Source of the DNA: an uncultured virus (IMG/VR IMGVR_UViG_3300042484_001250) | Lineage: Duplodnaviria; Heunggongvirae; Uroviricota; Caudoviricetes | Direction: 5' to 3' (one strand) | IMG/VR virus record: IMGVR_UViG_3300042484_001250 | Span: 62,001-126,000 of that record | DNA: 64,000 nucleotides | In this document: one piece after another, positions 57,693 to 64,000 of the stretch | Position numbering within the stretch: position 1 is the first letter of the stretch | Layout: every line of letters starts with the position of its first letter | Position numbers and translations under genes: made by a program | The notes under the pieces: model-generated | Told to the model about the DNA's origin: nothing | Database searches by the model: none | Seen by the model: only the letters and a program-made list of their open reading frames with translations

Positions 57693-58382
57693 ATGGCAAA
57701 AGAATTCAATCGAAAGTACATGCATCCGACTCGTAGAAAGTTATCGGATATGGTATTACGTGGGCAGGAATATGAAACAAATGCACAAATCTCATTATCA
57801 GTAAATCCGGAAGCTAATATTACAAGAGAAGTTGGAGAAACTTGGACTGATTCAAACGGAGTTCAATGGGAACAAAAAAAATGGGGTAAGGAGCAGATAT
57901 CATCATTAAGTGATACAATGGCTGGAGTTAGAAACTATTTAGCAGAACTTAATAGATGTAAAGGTGTTGGATGCAAAACAATCAAATTAGGTAGAGTTGA
58001 TAAAAAGTTAATATCCAAAACAGGATATTGTATAACGTGTCTTGCTATAAAAGAAACTCAAATAAAAACTGATGGATTGTGGGATGCATACGAAACCTAC
58101 AAATTAACATCAAATATGATTGACCATGGTACTGACGTACTTGCTCAATTTAATCAAGCATATAACGATGCAAAGCAGGAATATGAGTATGTAAACGAAA
58201 ATGGTACAACTGAAAAGTGGACTATGGAAAGGCCTGTTGAGGAATTAAAAGCTGAAATATTATTAGAAATTACAAACGTAGAAGCTGAAGTTATACAAGT
58301 TACAAAATTAAGAAATGAAGCTTGGGAATTACTAAAAGATAAAAATTATGATTTAGTAAAACCACCTAAAGATTTAGTATGA
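57693..58382 (+). CDS. Zinc-finger protein coupled to terminase
   Basis: REVGETWTD...W, CKGVGC...CITC; ATGA overlap with terL. Confidence 0.65.
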   Translation: MAKEFNRKYMHPTRRKLSDMVLRGQEYETNAQISLSVNPEANITREVGETWTDSNGVQWEQKKWGKEQISSLSDTMAGVRNYLAELNRCKGVGCKTIKLGRVDKKLISKTGYCITCLAIKETQIKTDGLWDAYETYKLTSNMIDHGTDVLAQFNQAYNDAKQEYEYVNENGTTEKWTMERPVEELKAEILLEITNVEAEVIQVTKLRNEAWELLKDKNYDLVKPPKDLV

Positions 58383-59971
58383 GTAACGGAATACAACAAA
58401 AAAAATCTCTAAAGCAAATTATTGCAGAAGAATACAAAAAGTGTGCTAGTGACCCTATCCACTTTATGAAGAAATATTGTATGATTCAGCATCCGGTGAA
58501 AGGTAAAATACCATTTCACCTATTTCCGTTTCAAGAGAAAACATTAACCGAATTTAAGAACAATCGTTTTAACATCGTTCTTAAGTCACGTCAAACTGGT
58601 ATATCCACATTATCAGCAGGATATGCTTTGTGGAGTATGTTATTCAATACGGATTTCAACGTATTGGTTATTGCAACAAAACAAGAGGTTGCAAAGAACT
58701 TAGTAACAAAAGTAAGAGTAATGTACGAACTATTACCATCGTGGTTAAAGGGTGGTGCATTGGAAGATAACAAACTCTCACTCAAATTACAAAATGGTTC
58801 ACAAATCAAAGCAATTGCTTCCTCACCTGATGCAGGACGTTCGGAAGCATTATCACTTCTAATATTTGATGAGGCAGCTTTCATTGATGATATCGATGAG
58901 ATTTGGAAAGCAGCTCAATCTACTCTATCAACGGGTGGGGCGTGTATTGCCCTTTCAACTCCCAATGGTGTAGGTAATTGGTTTCATCAAACGTGGAGTG
59001 ATGCGGAATCATCTATAAATCCATTCAATACAATCAGATTACATTGGACAGTTCATCCAGAAAGAGACCAGACGTGGAGAGATGAGCAAGAAAGATTGTT
59101 GGGAAGAAAAGGAGCCGCACAGGAATGTGATTGTGACTTTATTTCATCTGGAGATAACGTAATTGACCCAGAACTCTTAATGTTCTACAAAGAAACTTAT
59201 GTTCAAGACCCTGTTTCAAAAGGTGGTATAGATAATAACTTTTGGAGATGGGAATATCCTACATCAAATGCATCTTATATGGTTGTAGCTGACGTTGCAA
59301 GAGGAGATGGTGCCGATTATTCTACATTCCACATTATGGATATTGTAACGGCAACGCAAGTTGGTGAATACAAAGGCAAGATAGATACAAAAGATTTTGG
59401 AAATTTGTTAGTAGCAATATCAACTGAATATAATGATGCTTTATTAGTAATTGAAAACGCAAACATTGGTTGGGCAACAATACAACAGGTAATAGATAGG
59501 GGGTATCGTAACCTATTCTATATGAGTAAAGATTTGAAATATGTAGATGTTGAAAATCAATTAAACAATAGATACAGAGCAGAAGATAGAGGATTAGTTG
59601 CTGGTTTTTCAACAACATCAAAGACAAGACCTTTAATCATATCAAAGTTGGATGATTATTTTAGAGAAAAGACGGTTATAGTACGTTCTTCTCGATTGAT
59701 TGATGAATTGTTCACATTTATATATTCAAGTGGTAGAGCGGAAGCTATGAAGGGTTATAACGATGACTTGGTGATGGCATTCTCTATTGGATTATGGGTA
59801 AGAGATACTGCGTTAAGATTAAGACAAGAAGGTATTGATTTAACAAAAATGGCAGTAGCTGGAATTACTGCAAATACATACGAAGGTGTGTATTCACCAT
59901 CTAATATGGATGAGAATCCTTGGAAGATGAGAGTAGGTGAAGGGTTCGAAGATTTAACCCAATGGTTATAG
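58379..59971 (+). CDS. terL: Terminase large subunit (gp17-like)
   Basis: KSRQTGIST Walker A, LLIFDEAA Walker B, STPNG, ADVARG, GYNDDLVMA. Confidence 0.97.
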   Translation: MSNGIQQKKSLKQIIAEEYKKCASDPIHFMKKYCMIQHPVKGKIPFHLFPFQEKTLTEFKNNRFNIVLKSRQTGISTLSAGYALWSMLFNTDFNVLVIATKQEVAKNLVTKVRVMYELLPSWLKGGALEDNKLSLKLQNGSQIKAIASSPDAGRSEALSLLIFDEAAFIDDIDEIWKAAQSTLSTGGACIALSTPNGVGNWFHQTWSDAESSINPFNTIRLHWTVHPERDQTWRDEQERLLGRKGAAQECDCDFISSGDNVIDPELLMFYKETYVQDPVSKGGIDNNFWRWEYPTSNASYMVVADVARGDGADYSTFHIMDIVTATQVGEYKGKIDTKDFGNLLVAISTEYNDALLVIENANIGWATIQQVIDRGYRNLFYMSKDLKYVDVENQLNNRYRAEDRGLVAGFSTTSKTRPLIISKLDDYFREKTVIVRSSRLIDELFTFIYSSGRAEAMKGYNDDLVMAFSIGLWVRDTALRLRQEGIDLTKMAVAGITANTYEGVYSPSNMDENPWKMRVGEGFEDLTQWL

Positions 59972-60021
59972 TGTTTTAATATTTTTACATATTTATTGTA
60001 TATATCAAAATACTATTTACT

Positions 60022-60459
60022 ATGATTAAGTTAAAATCTTTACTAAACGAAGATGAGTATATAGACCAAGCATATGCTATGGGTGATACTCCGCAAGATA
60101 ATCCAATTGATGATTATGATGAATTGGATGTTGAGCAAGAAGATATGGATGACTTTATTGCATACTTACAACAATACTCAAACGAATTGAATGAGACAAA
60201 TTGTAATTGTGTGTTTGAAGCAGAATATCAGGGAAGAGAAGTAAAGTTAGGGAAACCGATGCAAGGCGATGTAAAGAAATTTAAGGTCTACGTCAAAAAC
60301 CCAAAAACAGGTAAGGTGATTAAAGTGAATTTTGGACAGAAGGGAATGGTTATTAAAAAAGACAATCCAGCAAGACGAAAATCATTTAGAGCAAGAATGA
60401 ATTGTGATAATCCCGGTCCAAGAACAAAGGCAAACTATTGGAGTTGTCGAAAATGGTAA
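60022..60459 (+). CDS. Internal head protein with acidic propeptide and basic C-terminal domain (DUF6321-like)
   Basis: MIKLKSLLNE...VFE|AEYQGREVKLGKP...SFRARMNC...YWSCRKW. Confidence 0.65.
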   Translation: MIKLKSLLNEDEYIDQAYAMGDTPQDNPIDDYDELDVEQEDMDDFIAYLQQYSNELNETNCNCVFEAEYQGREVKLGKPMQGDVKKFKVYVKNPKTGKVIKVNFGQKGMVIKKDNPARRKSFRARMNCDNPGPRTKANYWSCRKW

Positions 60460-60470
60460 AATAGAAAATT

Positions 60471-62234
60471 ATGGCAGAATTAAATGATGATAGAAGTTTT
60501 TTTGGTAGACTAAAGAAATTGTTTGCAACACAAGCCGTTGTCCGAATTGATAAAGATGGGAAACGTAAAGTTGTTGATACAGATGATAGACAGTACAATA
60601 CAAACTTTATTAATTTAAGAGATAGATATACAAAGTTACAAAAATCATTCTACGAACAACAAGGTGGTGCTCAATCAATGGCATATTCGCAAGTTCGTAG
60701 AGAATTATTCAGAGATTATGATGCAATGGATAATGACCCGATACTTTCATCGGCATTAGACATTTATGCGGATGAATCAACTACAAAAGATGAATATGGT
60801 GAGGTATTAACAATCAAATCATCTAATGAAAATGTAAAAGAAGCATTACACAACTTATTCTACGATATAATGAACGTAGAGTTTAACTTGTGGCCTTGGG
60901 TTCGTAATATGGTTAAGTATGGTGATTTCTTTTTGGCATTGGAAATTGGTGAGAATCAAGGAATTGTAAATGTAAAACCATATTCTGTCTACAATACTGA
61001 GCGATTAGAAAATACTGACCCATCAAATCCTAACTATGTTAAGTTTAAAGTAGAGTTGGATGAGATTGGAAAGAAGGAATATGAGAACTATGAAATGGCT
61101 CATTTTCGTTTACTTTCAGATACAAACTTCCTACCATATGGTAAATCAATGATTGAGGGAGCAAGAAGAATTTGGAAACAATTAACTCTTATGGAAGATG
61201 CGATGTTAATCCATCGTATTATGAGAGCTCCTGAAAAGAGAGTATTCAAAATTGATATTGGTAACATTCCACCGCAAGAGGTTGATAACTATATGCAAAA
61301 AATTATCAACAAAATGAAGAAAACTCCATTCGTTGATAGAAATACAGGAGATTACAACTTAAAATACAATATCCAAAACCTTACGGAAGATTTCTTTTTA
61401 CCTGTTAGAGGTGGAGATAGTGGTACATCAATTGAAAATATTAGTGGTTTAGAATATACTGCAACGGAAGATATTGATTACTTAAAAAACAAATTATTTG
61501 CTGCATTGAGAGTACCAAAGGCTTACTTATCTTATGATGAGAACGTAAATGGTAAAGCAACTCTTGCGGCAGAAGATGTTAGATTCGCAAGAACTGTTGA
61601 AAGAATTCAAAGAACAGTAGTAAGTGAATTAACTAAAATAGCAATCGTTCACTTAGCAGCTCAAGGTATTGATGATGCTGAAATGGTAAACTTTGAATTA
61701 ACTCTTACAAACTCATCTACAATCTATGAGCAAGAGAAAGTAAATCTTTGGAGTGAGAAGGTGAGATTAGGAACTGATATTAAAAATATGAATATGTTAT
61801 CTACCGATTGGGTATATCATAATGTATTTAATATGAGCGAAGATGAAATAAATACGGAGAGAGCTAAAGTAATATTAGATATCAAAGATAGATTTAGACA
61901 TAACTCAATTGAACAGCAAGGTGAAGACCCAGCAAATCCACCAAAACAACAAAATGTGGAGCAAGAGATAGAGGAGTTGAAATTGGGTATGAGTCAAGAC
62001 AAAGGTGGTAGACCAAGAGAAGGTAACACATATGGTAAAGATAAACACCCATATGGTAGAGACCCATTGGGTGATAAAGAAAATCACGGAGAAAGAAAAA
62101 GAGAAAATAGAAACATATCAACTGCAAAATTAGCAAAAGAATATATAAATGGAATATCAGCTAAAAGAAAGGTTTTGATTGAGAAATCTGGTATGTTAGA
62201 TGAAAAAAATTTATTAGATGACACAAAAATTTAA
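60471..62234 (+). CDS. gp20: Portal protein (T4 gp20-like)
   Basis: SALDIYADE, MEDAMLIHRIMRAPEKRVFKIDIGN, EDFFLPVRG and AALRVPK motifs. Confidence 0.95.
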   Translation: MAELNDDRSFFGRLKKLFATQAVVRIDKDGKRKVVDTDDRQYNTNFINLRDRYTKLQKSFYEQQGGAQSMAYSQVRRELFRDYDAMDNDPILSSALDIYADESTTKDEYGEVLTIKSSNENVKEALHNLFYDIMNVEFNLWPWVRNMVKYGDFFLALEIGENQGIVNVKPYSVYNTERLENTDPSNPNYVKFKVELDEIGKKEYENYEMAHFRLLSDTNFLPYGKSMIEGARRIWKQLTLMEDAMLIHRIMRAPEKRVFKIDIGNIPPQEVDNYMQKIINKMKKTPFVDRNTGDYNLKYNIQNLTEDFFLPVRGGDSGTSIENISGLEYTATEDIDYLKNKLFAALRVPKAYLSYDENVNGKATLAAEDVRFARTVERIQRTVVSELTKIAIVHLAAQGIDDAEMVNFELTLTNSSTIYEQEKVNLWSEKVRLGTDIKNMNMLSTDWVYHNVFNMSEDEINTERAKVILDIKDRFRHNSIEQQGEDPANPPKQQNVEQEIEELKLGMSQDKGGRPREGNTYGKDKHPYGRDPLGDKENHGERKRENRNISTAKLAKEYINGISAKRKVLIEKSGMLDEKNLLDDTKI

Positions 62235-62301
62235 CAAATAAAAAAAGGTTTATATTTATATGTGTTACTATACGGTCGTAAGTTAAATATAGGGTAAATA
62301 A

Positions 62302-63183
62302 ATGAAAAAAATAAAGCACAGTAAATTCAAAAATACTGGAGTGTTATTTGAATTATTAGTAAGACAAATAACATTAGAGGTATTGAATGGAGATAAAACG
62401 GAAAATGCTAAGAAGATAGTTAAGGAGTTTTTTGCTCCCGGAACGGAACTTAATAAAGAGTTACGTTTGTATGAACTACTTTTAAAAGAAAAATATAATA
62501 CGGAGAGTAGAGCAGAGAAATTTGTAGATACTGTATCCCAAGCTCACTCAAAATTAAATGAGGGAAAACTAGCTAAAGAAAAATATGGTTTAATTAAAGA
62601 AATTGGTGCTAAATTCGAAATAGAGCAATTCTTATCATCGCCAATTACCAACTACAAAGTATTAGCTTCAATTTATAAAGTATTTGAATCTAAAAAATCG
62701 GAAAACTACGATATTAAAGATATATTCAATTCGAAGATTACCCTAATTGAAAACATCATAGCAAGACCTGCTAAAGTAGAAGCAGTTAAAAATGTTGAAT
62801 CGATTAAGTTAATGGAAACTTATTCTCAACAAGAAAAAGATTTACGTTTATTGACTTATAAGATATTGGTTGAAACTTTCAATAAAAAATATACTAATTT
62901 AGATACAAAACAAAAAGGCTTGTTGAAAGAGTATATTAACAATATGAGTAACACAACTAAATTCAAAGATTATGTTGTTACCGAAGTTCCTAAAATCGCA
63001 AAAGAACTTAGATTAATTGAAACTAAAGTTTGTGATAAAGTAACTAAAATCAAATTATTAGAAACAATTTCAGTATTAGAAAAAATGAAGATTGGAAAGA
63101 CTGTTTCCGATTCTCAAGTTTCATCTATTATGCTTTCTTATGAATTAGTTAAAGAATTAAAGAACAAAGTAAATGGAAAATAA
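62302..63183 (+). CDS. Head-module protein
   Basis: KHSKFKNTGVLFELL motif; directly after portal. Confidence 0.65.
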   Translation: MKKIKHSKFKNTGVLFELLVRQITLEVLNGDKTENAKKIVKEFFAPGTELNKELRLYELLLKEKYNTESRAEKFVDTVSQAHSKLNEGKLAKEKYGLIKEIGAKFEIEQFLSSPITNYKVLASIYKVFESKKSENYDIKDIFNSKITLIENIIARPAKVEAVKNVESIKLMETYSQQEKDLRLLTYKILVETFNKKYTNLDTKQKGLLKEYINNMSNTTKFKDYVVTEVPKIAKELRLIETKVCDKVTKIKLLETISVLEKMKIGKTVSDSQVSSIMLSYELVKELKNKVNGK

Positions 63184-63739
63184 ATTAAGAGAAATAATCA
63201 GAACATTAGTCAAAGAGATTCAATCCGAAGATGAATTGGAGGAAATGACTGGAACTGGTGCAGTTGCTGGTTACAACACTCCTGCTGCATTTTCTAAACC
63301 CGGTCAAACTGGAAAGAAAAACAATAGATTAGCTAAAGTTACTGGTGGGACTGTTGTAGATGATTTAGAGGAAGGTAAATTAAAAGAAGATATTGGTGTA
63401 TTGGATTTAGACCCACATAAATTAAAACCAACAGCAACTCCATCAAAAAAAGAAAATGATAAAGATGAAACTATGGCAGATGTATCTTCTATGGAATTGG
63501 TTGAAAATCGTTGGTTAGAATTAAAAAGAGAAGATGCTTCTCCACAAAAGAAAATAGCTGTGGGATTGAGAAGTGTAAAATCTCAATTATCTGAAATTGA
63601 AAAGTTTGTTAATTGGTATTCAAGATTAAAAACTGAAAACAATTTGGACAGAACAGGTTACTACAAAAGAACATATAGTAACTTAAATACTATCAAAGAA
63701 AGATTAAATAAAATAGCGGAGAAAATCCACTCAATGTAA
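63173..63739 (+). CDS. Prohead core-like protein
   Basis: Multiple LxE motifs; GAVAGYNTPAAF. Confidence 0.55.
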   Translation: MENKLREIIRTLVKEIQSEDELEEMTGTGAVAGYNTPAAFSKPGQTGKKNNRLAKVTGGTVVDDLEEGKLKEDIGVLDLDPHKLKPTATPSKKENDKDETMADVSSMELVENRWLELKREDASPQKKIAVGLRSVKSQLSEIEKFVNWYSRLKTENNLDRTGYYKRTYSNLNTIKERLNKIAEKIHSM

Positions 63740-63740
63740 T

Positions 63741-63947
63741 ATGGCAGGTATAACAAAACAAAAACTAAAAGAATTAGTTAAGGAAGTAATGGTAGAAGAA
63801 ACTGAATATCAGGCATTCTTCCAAAAGGCATTAGATAAAGCTGGTAAATCTATTCCATCTATGAGTGATGATGAAAAGAAAGCATTCTTTGATAAAATTG
63901 ATGCAGCATGGAATGGTAAAGGTGAAAAATCCGAATCCGTAAAATAA
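63741..63947 (+). CDS. Small prohead core protein
   Basis: LKELVKE...EYQAFFQKAL...EKKAFFDKIDAAW; position before the putative protease. Confidence 0.6.
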   Translation: MAGITKQKLKELVKEVMVEETEYQAFFQKALDKAGKSIPSMSDDEKKAFFDKIDAAWNGKGEKSESVK

Positions 63948-63954
63948 TAACAAA

Positions 63955-64000
63955 ATGAAGAATCTTTTAATAGAAACCAAATTATTCGAAGGAAAGGTGC
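63955..64000 (+). CDS. 5' end of next gene, possibly prohead protease (partial)
   Basis: MKNLLIETKLFEGKV...; T4-like gene order portal-core-protease. Confidence 0.35.
   Translation, partial: MKNLLIETKLFEGKV

Noticed and set aside
1..64000. Stop-codon reassignment as in some large Bacteroidota phages
   Set aside because: Genes are long and densely packed under code 11; TAG (e.g. 4745, 6280, 59971) and TGA end genes at sensible boundaries
1..64000. tRNA, rRNA, integrase or transposase
   Set aside because: None recognisable; intergenic gaps are short and AT-rich

Overview
This window is 64 kb of a large, AT-rich, T4-like (myovirus-type) phage genome, with almost all genes on the + strand in the standard code. 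The host is very probably Bacteroidota: there are TTTG-N20-TATATTTG promoters, A-rich leaders without Shine-Dalgarno sites, Gln at +1 of every SPI-type signal peptide, and acidic lipoprotein export signals. Layout: (1) 1-15.7 kb is an accessory cell-envelope island (lectin/dockerin/cohesin proteins, beta-barrels, lipoproteins, CsgG-like protein, lipase, GNAT plus hydrophobic protein, TonB-dependent receptor plus lipoprotein, glycosyltransferase). (2) 15.7-36.7 kb holds baseplate and tail genes, including three consecutive peptidoglycan hydrolases (M15, CHAP, GH19) whose N-terminal parts look like successive pieces of one split structural domain. (3) 37-41.7 kb holds a GIY-YIG nuclease, primase and an Mre11-Rad50 fusion. 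(4) 42-54 kb holds an S74-chaperoned tail fibre, a gp38-like adhesin with a poly-Thr tract, and a protein O-glycosylation cluster with an Aah/TibC-type heptosyltransferase. (5) 54-64 kb is the head/packaging module (HxGH nucleotidyltransferase polyprotein, terminase, portal, core proteins). A TATTTATA motif sits about 17-28 nt upstream of most operon starts. Best candidate novel systems: the split-scaffold triple hydrolase, virion glycosylation at [ST]-[GAS]-S motifs, prohead-protease-activated cargo enzymes, and a phage-encoded host surface/outer-membrane apparatus. All family assignments come from motif recognition by eye; no database searches were run.
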